Shown here piece by piece: positions 36,672 to 46,119 of a DNA stretch of 61,212 bases. The notes under the pieces were generated by a model, which was given only the letters and a program-made list of their open reading frames with translations, searched no databases and had not been told where the DNA came from. The stretch covers positions 1-61,212 of the forward strand of contig JALERC010000009.1 of NCBI GenBank assembly GCA_022763805.1. Reading direction: 5' to 3'. Both the position numbers and the translations under genes were made by a program. This stretch comes from Mycoplasmatota bacterium (GTDB lineage Bacteria; Bacillota_I; Bacilli_A; RF39; UBA660). Each line of letters starts with the position of its first letter. The stretch's first letter is position 1.

Positions 36672-38138
36672 TTATTCTCCTTTAATATCTGTTGTTTTTG
36701 CTATTATTTTTCCATTATCTAACTGAATAGTTAAAATATCATTAATTTTAACTTTATTGATATCATTTATAACTTTATTGTCTATATATGTTATACTATA
36801 TCCTCTTTTTAGTATTGTTAATGGATTTAATAATTCTAGTTTATCAATTGAATTAAAAAATAATCTTTTTTTCTTTTCTATATTATTTATAATTATTCTA
36901 TTAATATTATTTTCATTATTTTCTAATTCTATTTTATATTTTTCAATTTTTAAAATAGGATTTAACGAATATAATTTTTGTAAAGTATTAACATTATTCT
37001 TTTCTAAATTATCTAATTTATGCTTAATTAATATATTCATATTTTTTTCAATATTAATTAATTTTTCAAAATTGTTGTTTACTAAATTTATTGGATTAAC
37101 ATAATTGATTTTTTCAAGTAGCATTTTATAATTATTTATACTTCTTTCAAGTTTTAAATTTAATAAGTCATCAAGTTTTTCTTTTGTTAAATCAAGTTGT
37201 TGAAGTTTATTTTCATATATTAATTCTGGAGTTTTAATAACATATGATGATTCTAAATTTTGTAATTTGATTTTTTCTTTTTTGATTTTATTTGATATTG
37301 CATTATATAATCTTGTCTCTAATGTATCAACATAATTAATAACGTCTGTAAGTACAGGTACACAAGCTTCAGCAGCACCTGTTGGTGTTGGTGCTCTATG
37401 ATCACATACATAATCGGCAATAGTAATATCTGGTTCATGTCCTGTACCACTTATAACAGGTATTGGACAATCATATATAGCACGTGCTACTATTTCCTCA
37501 TTAAAAGGCCATAAATCTTCAATAGAACCTCCACCACGACCAACAATTAAAACATCTAAATTATAATTAGTTGCAAGTTTTATATTTCTTACAATATCTA
37601 AAGCAGCATTATTACCTTGTACTAATGATGGAAATAATATTACTTCAGTAATAGGACATCTTCTTTTAATAGTAGATATAATATCTCTTACAGCTGCACC
37701 TGTTGGTGCTGTAATAACACCTACTCTTTTAGGAAATTTAGGTATTCTTTTTTTATGATCTTTATTAAATAGACCTTCTTTATATAAATCTTGTTTTAAT
37801 TTTTCAAAAGCAAGATATAAGTTTCCCATTCCATCAAGTATCATATCAGTGACATTTATTTGATATCTACCACTTTTAGGATAAATACTAATTCTTCCTA
37901 CAACAAGAACTTTAGCACCATCACTTGGTTCAAAGTTTAAATTTTTTTGATAACCTTTAAACATTGATGCATTAATAACAGCTTCTTCATCTTTTAAAGA
38001 AAAATACAAACCAGATGCATGTTTTTTAAAATTAGATATTTCTCCTTTTATACATATAGTTTGTAAATTCGTATCAGAATCAAATTTATATTTTAAATAT
38101 TTTGTAACATCCGTTACAGTTAGATATTTTCTTTCCAT
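36672..38138 (-). CDS. xseA: exodeoxyribonuclease VII large subunit
   Basis: 488 aa with an OB-fold N-terminus 'GEISNFKKHASGLYFSLKD', 'VGVITAPTGAAVRD', 'GRGGGSIEDLWPFNEE', and a long coiled C-terminal half. Confidence 0.9.
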   Translation of the reverse strand: MERKYLTVTDVTKYLKYKFDSDTNLQTICIKGEISNFKKHASGLYFSLKDEEAVINASMFKGYQKNLNFEPSDGAKVLVVGRISIYPKSGRYQINVTDMILDGMGNLYLAFEKLKQDLYKEGLFNKDHKKRIPKFPKRVGVITAPTGAAVRDIISTIKRRCPITEVILFPSLVQGNNAALDIVRNIKLATNYNLDVLIVGRGGGSIEDLWPFNEEIVARAIYDCPIPVISGTGHEPDITIADYVCDHRAPTPTGAAEACVPVLTDVINYVDTLETRLYNAISNKIKKEKIKLQNLESSYVIKTPELIYENKLQQLDLTKEKLDDLLNLKLERSINNYKMLLEKINYVNPINLVNNNFEKLINIEKNMNILIKHKLDNLEKNNVNTLQKLYSLNPILKIEKYKIELENNENNINRIIINNIEKKKRLFFNSIDKLELLNPLTILKRGYSITYIDNKVINDINKVKINDILTIQLDNGKIIAKTTDIKGE

Positions 38139-38140
38139 AA

Positions 38141-38542
38141 TTATTTATTATGATATACTTTATCTAATACTCCATTAATCATTTTTCTTACTTCATCATC
38201 ACTATAAACTTTTGCAAGTTCAATAGCTTCATTAATTGCAACAACTTCTGGTGTTTTAGTATAAAGTAATTCATAAATTCCCATACGTAATATTGCTTGA
38301 TCAGTATTACCTAATCTAGAAATTTTCCATCCACTTAAATATTTATTAGCAATTTCATCTATTTCATTTTTATATGTAACTACCCCGTATACAATTTCTT
38401 TTACAAATTCATTATCAATTTCTAATGATTCTCTTATTAATGTATCAACATTATATTCCATTTTATTAGCTTCATAAACATTCATTTGATATAAAATTGT
38501 CATTATCTTTTTTCTTAATTCACTTCTGTTAATTTGTTCCAC
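38141..38542 (-). CDS. nusB: transcription antitermination factor NusB
   Basis: 133 aa with '[11 protein letters not shown]' and 'INEAIELAK'. GTG start. Confidence 0.88.
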   Translation of the reverse strand: MEQINRSELRKKIMTILYQMNVYEANKMEYNVDTLIRESLEIDNEFVKEIVYGVVTYKNEIDEIANKYLSGWKISRLGNTDQAILRMGIYELLYTKTPEVVAINEAIELAKVYSDDEVRKMINGVLDKVYHNK

Positions 38543-38567
38543 TTAAATCACCTACCTAATTATAACA

Positions 38568-38594
38568 TAAAAAAACTAGCATTTACTAGTTTTT
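38568..38594 (-). terminator. rho-independent terminator after the ABC ATPase gene
   Basis: Stem AAACTAG/CTAGTTT with a 6-nt loop, followed on the minus strand by a T-run. Confidence 0.6.
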
Positions 38595-38613
38595 ATCTTA
38601 AAATATATAATTT

Positions 38614-39243
38614 TTAATTATTAATAATCGTACCATTTTCTAATTTAATTATAATATCACAAAAATTATCTATATCTTCTTTATAATGTGTTGCTATTAT
38701 AATAATAGTATCTTTTTTTATTGAATATAAATACTTTTTAATTTTAGATACACTTTCATTATCTATACCATTAAATGGTTCGTCTAATAATAAAATTTTC
38801 GGATATTCCATAATAGCTTGTGCAATACCTAGTTTTTGTTTCATACCTAATGAATATTTTTTAACTAATTTATCTTTTTCATCCGTTAAATTCACAATAT
38901 CTATTACTTCATTAATTCTATCGTCATCAATTTTTTTTAATAAGGATGCTAAATATTTTAAATTATCTTTACCTGTCATATCTTTTATATATTCACAATT
39001 ACCTATCATAACACCCATATCTTTAGGAAATTCTTCTTTAAGATATAATTCTTGATCATTTACTATAACCTTACCATTTGATGGTCTTAAAAAGCCACTC
39101 ATTGCTTTCAATAACATCGTTTTACCACTACCATTTTTACCGATTAGTCCATAAATATTACCTTGTTTAAAGGTATAATTAATATCTTTTAAAACATAAT
39201 CTTCTTTAATTTTTTTATTATAACTTATTAATTTTATTTCCAT
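38614..39243 (-). CDS. ABC transporter ATP-binding protein (minimal NBD)
   Basis: 209 aa with Walker A 'GKNGSGKT', signature 'YSLGMKQK' and Walker B 'ILLLDEP'. Confidence 0.85.
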   Translation of the reverse strand: MEIKLISYNKKIKEDYVLKDINYTFKQGNIYGLIGKNGSGKTMLLKAMSGFLRPSNGKVIVNDQELYLKEEFPKDMGVMIGNCEYIKDMTGKDNLKYLASLLKKIDDDRINEVIDIVNLTDEKDKLVKKYSLGMKQKLGIAQAIMEYPKILLLDEPFNGIDNESVSKIKKYLYSIKKDTIIIIATHYKEDIDNFCDIIIKLENGTIINN

Positions 39244-39787
39244 AAATCCTCCTCATTAATATTACAATAATTAAACAAGTTGTTATCATTACATATAAAT
39301 TATATATTTTAAATGTAAATAAAGGTAAAGAAACAAGAAAAACTGTTATAGGTACCGTATATTCTTTAATAACAAATCTAAAAATTAAAAAAACTAAAAA
39401 TATAAATTCTTTATAAATTATTATATATATGAAATAATTAAGGCTGTAATAGTTTACTAGTAATGATATAAAAGAACTTGATATCATATTAGTAAAAATA
39501 CTTAGAAGCAAAATACTAAATATTTTTTTATTCTTGTTACTACGTGTTATATAAGAGTATTTTAGTGTAAAAATATCACTAAGACACAATTTGTTTAAAA
39601 AATATATATTTAAAAAGTTCATTATATAATAAATACAAATATATAATTTATATATATTAATAGAATATATACCATTTAATATTTTATATATATCTACATA
39701 ATTCATAAATTTTAGGAAACCATAAAATATAATAATAACCAGCATATATTTAAATAAATACTTTGTATAATATTTAACTCTAGTCAT
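39218..39787 (-). CDS. polytopic membrane protein (putative ABC-2-type permease component)
   Basis: 189 aa with about five TM helices. Overlaps the ATPase gene by 26 nt. Confidence 0.45.
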   Translation of the reverse strand: MTRVKYYTKYLFKYMLVIIIFYGFLKFMNYVDIYKILNGIYSINIYKLYICIYYIMNFLNIYFLNKLCLSDIFTLKYSYITRSNKNKKIFSILLLSIFTNMISSSFISLLVNYYSLNYFIYIIIYKEFIFLVFLIFRFVIKEYTVPITVFLVSLPLFTFKIYNLYVMITTCLIIVILMRRIYGNKINKL

Positions 39788-40445
39788 AACAATTCACCTT
39801 ATTTGTCAGTTTTTTATTTATTATTATTAATATAATAAATATTAAAAAGTAGTAAGATATATCATAAATAAGGATTTTATAATCAACATTTTTAGAAAGA
39901 AATATATGATTTCTTAATAAAAAATAATTTAAATAAGGAATATTGCTAAAAGCATAAAAAATTCTAAACAATAGAAAAAAATTTAAGTATACTGATACAT
40001 TTTTTTTAAATCTAAAAATACATATAACATTTAATATATTAAATAAATTAATAACTATGAAAATTCTTAAAATTACATAAACCGCTAAAAAGAATCCATT
40101 AAATGTGAAATCTCCCATTAAATTATTTAATATTAAAATTACTAATAACATTTCAAGGAATAATAAAAAAGTTTTTTTAAATACTTTCATCATTGTATAT
40201 TTTATTGCATTGTTTAAATTTTTAAATCTCGCGACTAAAGCGTAATTATTTTTAATACTAAAAATTTCTTTATATGAATAAGATATAAAACATGGTAGAA
40301 GTACAATAACTAAATACACTGGATTTAATAATAAATAAATTATTCTATCAAAATAATTTGAATCAATATATATAATAATTGTCGAAAATGTAGCTAAATA
40401 TAAATATAATTTTATAATTTTATAATTTAATTTCTCTTTTTTCAT
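39780..40445 (-). CDS. polytopic membrane protein (putative ABC-2-type permease component)
   Basis: 221 aa with about six TM helices. 8-nt and 4-nt overlaps with its neighbours. Confidence 0.45.
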   Translation of the reverse strand: MKKEKLNYKIIKLYLYLATFSTIIIYIDSNYFDRIIYLLLNPVYLVIVLLPCFISYSYKEIFSIKNNYALVARFKNLNNAIKYTMMKVFKKTFLLFLEMLLVILILNNLMGDFTFNGFFLAVYVILRIFIVINLFNILNVICIFRFKKNVSVYLNFFLLFRIFYAFSNIPYLNYFLLRNHIFLSKNVDYKILIYDISYYFLIFIILIIINKKLTNKVNCYD

Positions 40446-41233
40446 TCTAATTCAGTCCATTTCTTATTATGATAAATAATTAATAATGGAATAAATGATA
40501 CTATCAAATAAATGAAAGTGTTAAATATTGCATTATAAATATTTGATTGTATAATATATCCTTCATATAAATTAATAGTTTCTGCATATTTTGTAAAACC
40601 ATTATTTAGTATTTTAGCAATTAATGACGCTGAAACATAAATTAAAAGATTAAATGCATTTGTCATAATAAAAGATAAAATTATAGAAGGTACAACTTTT
40701 CTTGTAATTTTAAATGCTATTATACTTATATTAGTAATAACAATAATAAGCATAAAAGTTGTGATAGTATTTAATAACATAAATATATATGGGTTGGCAT
40801 TTCCTAAATTATTAATTATTTCACTATGAAAATAATAATCAGAAATAGATCCAGTATATGTTTTTGATAAAAATATTACTCCTATTAAAAATACGAAAAT
40901 ATTTAATAAAACAAATGGTTTACTACATTTTTTAATAGTGTTTTTATAAATGTTTTTAACTGTATTTTTATATCCCAATCTAGATATTTCATTTTTAAAA
41001 ATTGAAGAATTAAGTATATTATTTAAATAATTTGATGAAATAATTGATATTAGTACAGATGATAAAATAACAATATGATCACCAGATTGTCTATGCAACA
41101 TAAAATCCCAAAATCCAGGAAAATTAGCATATTTTAAATCTTTTAAAACTATTAAATAATTAAAAAGATTTTTTGAAGTTAATAATAAGATGCTAATAGT
41201 AACGATAATTAAACTTATGTCTTTTTTCTTCAT
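40442..41233 (-). CDS. polytopic membrane protein (putative ABC-2-type permease component)
   Basis: 263 aa. N-terminal TM, then a loop of about 80 aa, then about five TM helices, a typical ABC-2 layout. Confidence 0.45.
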   Translation of the reverse strand: MKKKDISLIIVTISILLLTSKNLFNYLIVLKDLKYANFPGFWDFMLHRQSGDHIVILSSVLISIISSNYLNNILNSSIFKNEISRLGYKNTVKNIYKNTIKKCSKPFVLLNIFVFLIGVIFLSKTYTGSISDYYFHSEIINNLGNANPYIFMLLNTITTFMLIIVITNISIIAFKITRKVVPSIILSFIMTNAFNLLIYVSASLIAKILNNGFTKYAETINLYEGYIIQSNIYNAIFNTFIYLIVSFIPLLIIYHNKKWTELE

Positions 41234-41309
41234 AATCTACTCCTTACATAACTAATTTAAAATACCCTTCTAATATGATTATATAATATTAAAAAGAAAA
41301 AATAAACAA

Positions 41310-41696
41310 TTAAATGTTTATTTCTCCTCTACCTTCATATAATTTAATTACAATCCATATATTTAAATATAAATACATAACAATAAATAAAATCCATCCA
41401 AAAACAGGAATAATAAATAATATTAGCCAAATATATGGAGAAGTATAAATTGATTCACCAGTTACACAAAGTTTTCTAGCAGCATTAATTGTCATCTGAA
41501 TTTCAAATACTACAGCCATAATAAAAAACGGGAAAATACATAGTAGTATTCCTAATACCCAGTTTGTAATGTTAGAATACCATTTATTATCTTCAACAAC
41601 ATCTAAACATTTTGCTAAAAAAATATTTGATATACCAAATGTAATGAATGTAAAAAATAACCAAACCCACCAGTTTTCACGTTTTAATACTTTCAC
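41310..41696 (-). CDS. small integral membrane protein
   Basis: 128 aa with four TM helices. 4-nt overlap with the dxs stop. Confidence 0.45.
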   Translation of the reverse strand: MKVLKRENWWVWLFFTFITFGISNIFLAKCLDVVEDNKWYSNITNWVLGILLCIFPFFIMAVVFEIQMTINAARKLCVTGESIYTSPYIWLILFIIPVFGWILFIVMYLYLNIWIVIKLYEGRGEINI

Positions 41697-43534
41697 TTTT
41701 TTCCTCCTAAGAATTCTTTAATATTAGATGTCATAGTATCTACATCTAATCCTAATTTCTTAATAATTATATCATATTTTCCTTGTTTAACAAAAGTATC
41801 TTTTATACCAAAACATTTAATTTTAGTATTAGAATTGACAATATATGAAGATATCATACTTCCTAAAGAACCTATTAAACAAGCCTCTTCATATACAATG
41901 ATTGGTTTTTTAGTTTTAATAATTTTATCTAACATTGATGTATCTATAGGCTTAATAAATCTAGCATTAATAATACCTATATTTAATTTATCTTTTTTAA
42001 GATTATTAGCAATAATTTTAGCATTATTTACAAAATCACCATATGTAATTATTACAGCATCGCTACCCTTTTTAATTTCTTCCCATGAATAATCAGAAAT
42101 AACTAAAGATTCATTATTATATTCTATTCTTTGTTTTGAATATCTAATAGCAAAAGGATGCTTAGAATTAAAAGCAAACTCTAAAATGCCCTTAGCCTCA
42201 CTTGAATTTTTAGGAGCAGCTATAATCATATTAGGAATATGATTTAAAAAAGCTATATCATATAAACCTTGATGAGTTTCACCATCTTCCCCTACTATAC
42301 CGGCTCTATCAATTCCAATAACAACATTACTATCCATTCTTGCTATATCATGAAATACTTGATCGTAACCTCTTTGTAAAAAAGTAGAATAAATTGATAC
42401 AAAAGGTTTTTTTCCTGCAATAGCCATAGAATTAGCCATAACTAGAGCATGTTCTTCAGCAATACCAACATCAATAAATCTATCTTTATAAATCTCTTTA
42501 AATTTATTTAACTTACTACCATTAGCCATAGCAGGAGTAATAACAACAATATCTTTATTAATTTTAGCAATATCAATTAAATGATTTGATATTACTTCAC
42601 TCCATGATATAAGTCCGTCATTTTTAGATTTTATAATACCTGTTTCTTTATCGAAAGGGCTTATTCCATGCCAAATACCTTCAATATCACTTTCAGCATA
42701 TTTATATCCCTTACCTTTTTCTGTAATAACATGAAGTAAAACTGGTCTATTAGATTTCTTAGCCATTTCTAAATAACTAATCATTTCATCATAATCATGT
42801 CCGTTAATTGGACCATAATAAGTAAAACCAAATTCTTCAAAAAGATATCCTTCTTTCATATAAATTTTTTTAAATGATTCTTTAATTAATTTGGTTCCCG
42901 ATTTTATTTTTTTCCCTAAATATGGAACTTTTTTTATTTTTTCATTTTTAAAATTACTTCTAATTTTATCTAACGTATTATGAATAGCACCAACATTTTT
43001 TGAAATACTCATTTCATTATCATTTAAGATAACAATTAATTTAGTATTTAAACTTCCTATATGATTTAGTGCTTCATAAGCAAGTCCATTACCAATAGAA
43101 CCATCACCAATTATTGCAACAACATTATGTTTCTTTTTATCTAAATCTCTTGCTATAGCATATCCTAAGGCAGCAGAAAGACTAGTTGAGGAATGACCAG
43201 CTTCATAACAATCATAAATACTTTCACTCATTTTTTGAAATCCTGACAAACCATTATATTGTCTTAATTTATCAAATTCGTGAGCCCTACCTGTTAAAAT
43301 TTTATGAGTATAACTTTGATGACCAACATCAAAAATAATTTTATCTTTCGGAGCATTAAAAACTTTGTGAATAGCAATTGTTAAATCTACAATTCCTAAA
43401 TTAGATGATAAATGTCCTCCAGTTATAGATATTTTATCAATTAAAAAATTTCTAATATTTCTACTTAATTCTTCTAATTCAAATACACTCATTTTTTTTA
43501 AGAATGATGGATTTTTTATATTTCCTATTTCCAT
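41693..43534 (-). CDS. dxs: 1-deoxy-D-xylulose-5-phosphate synthase
   Basis: 613 aa with 'GGHLSSNLG', 'DVGHQSY', ThDP motif 'GDGSIGNGLAYEALN' and 'GIAEEHA'. Confidence 0.95.
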   Translation of the reverse strand: MEIGNIKNPSFLKKMSVFELEELSRNIRNFLIDKISITGGHLSSNLGIVDLTIAIHKVFNAPKDKIIFDVGHQSYTHKILTGRAHEFDKLRQYNGLSGFQKMSESIYDCYEAGHSSTSLSAALGYAIARDLDKKKHNVVAIIGDGSIGNGLAYEALNHIGSLNTKLIVILNDNEMSISKNVGAIHNTLDKIRSNFKNEKIKKVPYLGKKIKSGTKLIKESFKKIYMKEGYLFEEFGFTYYGPINGHDYDEMISYLEMAKKSNRPVLLHVITEKGKGYKYAESDIEGIWHGISPFDKETGIIKSKNDGLISWSEVISNHLIDIAKINKDIVVITPAMANGSKLNKFKEIYKDRFIDVGIAEEHALVMANSMAIAGKKPFVSIYSTFLQRGYDQVFHDIARMDSNVVIGIDRAGIVGEDGETHQGLYDIAFLNHIPNMIIAAPKNSSEAKGILEFAFNSKHPFAIRYSKQRIEYNNESLVISDYSWEEIKKGSDAVIITYGDFVNNAKIIANNLKKDKLNIGIINARFIKPIDTSMLDKIIKTKKPIIVYEEACLIGSLGSMISSYIVNSNTKIKCFGIKDTFVKQGKYDIIIKKLGLDVDTMTSNIKEFLGGKK

Positions 43535-43541
43535 ATTTCAC

Positions 43542-46067
43542 CTACTTAATTTTGTTTTTTAAATTATATAATATATTAATAGCCTCTAGTGGTGTTGTAT
43601 TTAATAAATCAATTTTTTTAATTTCTTCTTCAATTTCATTAGTATTATTATTGAATAAATAATCCTCAAAAGATTCTTGAATAACAATATCTCTTTTTTG
43701 TTCTTTATTCTCATATACTTTTAATATCTCATCAGCACGTTTAATTAACATTTCGGGTAATTTTGCTAGTTTTGCAACATATATACCATAACTTTTATCA
43801 ACACTACCATCTTTAATTTTATGTAGGAAAGTAATATTTCCATTTTCTTCATATGCACTTACATGAATATTTTTAAGACCATCTAATGTATCACTTAAAT
43901 CGGTTAATTCGTGATAATGAGTTGAAAAGAATGTTTTACATTTAATATTAGTACTTATATATTCAATAATAGATTGAGCAAGAGCCATGCCATCAAATGT
44001 AGCTGTTCCACGTCCTAATTCATCAAATAAGATTAAAGAATTATTAGTAGCATTAGTAATAGCATTGTTTGCTTCTAACATTTCGACCATAAATGTTGAT
44101 TCACCACTGACAAGATCATCACTAGCACCAATTCTAGTATAAATAGCATCGAATATTTTTGTTTTACAACTACTAGCAGGCACAAAAGAACCTATTTGAG
44201 CCATAATACTTATAATTGCCATTTGGCGCATATAAGTCGATTTACCAGCCATATTAGGTCCGGTAATAAGTAGTATATTAGTATTTTCATCCATTAAAAT
44301 ATCATTACTTACAAACTCGTCTTTAATTACTTTTTCTACTACTGGATGTCTAGCATCTTTTATATCTATAATGTCATTTGTTAAAATAGGTCTTACATAA
44401 TTATTTGATTCAGCTACATTAGCTAAAGATTGCATAACATCTATTTCACTTATTATTCTTGCATTTTTTTGAATAATTTTAATATATTTTTTTATTTCTT
44501 CACGAATATTTACAAATAAATTATATTCTAATTCTATTATTTTTTCCTCAGCATTTAAAATTAGTGCTTCTTTTTCTTTTAAAATTGGACTTATATATCT
44601 TTCACAATTAGCTAATGTTTGTTTTCTCTCATATCCATATTCATCTTTTACAAGTCCTACATTACCTTTAGATACTTCTATAAAATAACCAAATACTTTA
44701 TTATATCCAACTTTAAGATTTTTAATACCCGTTTTCTCTCTTTCAGTTGCTTCAAATTTAGCAACAAAATCTTTTCCACCTTTTCTTAAATCTTTTAATT
44801 CATCTAATTCACTTGAGTAACCTTCTTTGATTAAATATCCTTCTTTAATACCTACAGGTGGATTTTCATATATACTTTTTTCTAATAATTCATAAAGTTC
44901 ATCTAATGATTCTAATTCTTCTTTATAATTAATACTTTTTAAAATATCATTAATTGCTGGTAAAACTTTCAATGAAGATTTTAATTGAAGTAAATCCCTA
45001 GCATTAGCAGACTTATAAGCAATTCTTCCACTTAATCTTTCTAAATCATATACTTCATAAAGTAAATTTTGTAAATCAGCAGTTAACATAAACTCATTAA
45101 GTAATACTTCAACAGTATCATATCTTTCCTCTATTAATTCTCTATTAATTAAAGGATTTTCAATATAATGCTTAAGCATTCTTGATCCCATAGCTGTTTT
45201 AGTTTTATCAAGTAACCATAATAAAGAATATGTTCTTTCCTTTAATCTCAATGTTTCTGTTAATTCTAAGTTTCTTTTTGTATGAATATCCATCATTAAT
45301 CTATTTTTATTGATTTTCACAATTGCCTTTTGTAAATGTGATAGGTCTCTCATTTGTGTTTTAGTAATATAACTTAATAAATGATTAATTGAATTAGCAT
45401 ATATTTCATCTAAACCATTAGTTATATATTTATAATTATCATATTCATTAATTTCATTTTGTATTGAGAATACTATTCCATAATTTTTATTTAATATATT
45501 TACTATTTCTTTATCTAAATCGTCTTTTATAACGATTTCTTTGAGTCCTAAAGATAAAATCTCATTAACGATATTATTATGATCAATTTTTGTAGTTGTT
45601 ATTTCTCCTGTAGAAATATCTGTATAAGAAACTACATAATAATTTCCATAATCTAAAATATTACCGATATAATTATTGTCATTTTCATTTAATGAATCAT
45701 TAGACATAATTGTTCCAATTGAAATTATTTGAGTAAGTCCTCTTTCGACAATTCCTTTAGAATTTTTAGGATCCTCTAATTGTTCACAAATACCTACTTT
45801 ATATCCCTTTTGTATTAATTTTTCAATATAAATATTAGAAGCATGATGTGGAATACCGCACATTGGAATACGTTCTTCTAATCCTGCATTCTTACCTGTT
45901 AAGGTAAGCTCTAGTTCTCTTGAAACATTTATAGCATCCTCAAAAAACATTTCATAGAAGTCACCTAGTCTAAAGAAGATAATAACATCTTCGTTTTTAC
46001 CTTTAATTTCAAGATATTGTTTCATCATTGGTGTTACTTTATTAATATCTACTTCACTACGTTTCAT
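43542..46067 (-). CDS. mutS: DNA mismatch repair protein MutS
   Basis: 841 aa with 'TPMMKQYLEIK', 'FYEMFFEDA' and Walker A 'GPNMAGKST', 'STFMVEM' and 'DELGRGT'. Confidence 0.96.
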   Translation of the reverse strand: MKRSEVDINKVTPMMKQYLEIKGKNEDVIIFFRLGDFYEMFFEDAINVSRELELTLTGKNAGLEERIPMCGIPHHASNIYIEKLIQKGYKVGICEQLEDPKNSKGIVERGLTQIISIGTIMSNDSLNENDNNYIGNILDYGNYYVVSYTDISTGEITTTKIDHNNIVNEILSLGLKEIVIKDDLDKEIVNILNKNYGIVFSIQNEINEYDNYKYITNGLDEIYANSINHLLSYITKTQMRDLSHLQKAIVKINKNRLMMDIHTKRNLELTETLRLKERTYSLLWLLDKTKTAMGSRMLKHYIENPLINRELIEERYDTVEVLLNEFMLTADLQNLLYEVYDLERLSGRIAYKSANARDLLQLKSSLKVLPAINDILKSINYKEELESLDELYELLEKSIYENPPVGIKEGYLIKEGYSSELDELKDLRKGGKDFVAKFEATEREKTGIKNLKVGYNKVFGYFIEVSKGNVGLVKDEYGYERKQTLANCERYISPILKEKEALILNAEEKIIELEYNLFVNIREEIKKYIKIIQKNARIISEIDVMQSLANVAESNNYVRPILTNDIIDIKDARHPVVEKVIKDEFVSNDILMDENTNILLITGPNMAGKSTYMRQMAIISIMAQIGSFVPASSCKTKIFDAIYTRIGASDDLVSGESTFMVEMLEANNAITNATNNSLILFDELGRGTATFDGMALAQSIIEYISTNIKCKTFFSTHYHELTDLSDTLDGLKNIHVSAYEENGNITFLHKIKDGSVDKSYGIYVAKLAKLPEMLIKRADEILKVYENKEQKRDIVIQESFEDYLFNNNTNEIEEEIKKIDLLNTTPLEAINILYNLKNKIK

Positions 46068-46093
46068 TTAAATCACCTTTTTTTATTGTATCA

Positions 46094-46119
46094 TAAAAAG
46101 AGATAAAAACTATCTCTTT
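46094..46119 (-). terminator. rho-independent terminator after the GH13 gene
   Basis: Stem AAAGAGATA/TATCTCTTT with loop AAAAC, followed on the minus strand by a T-run. Confidence 0.68.
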
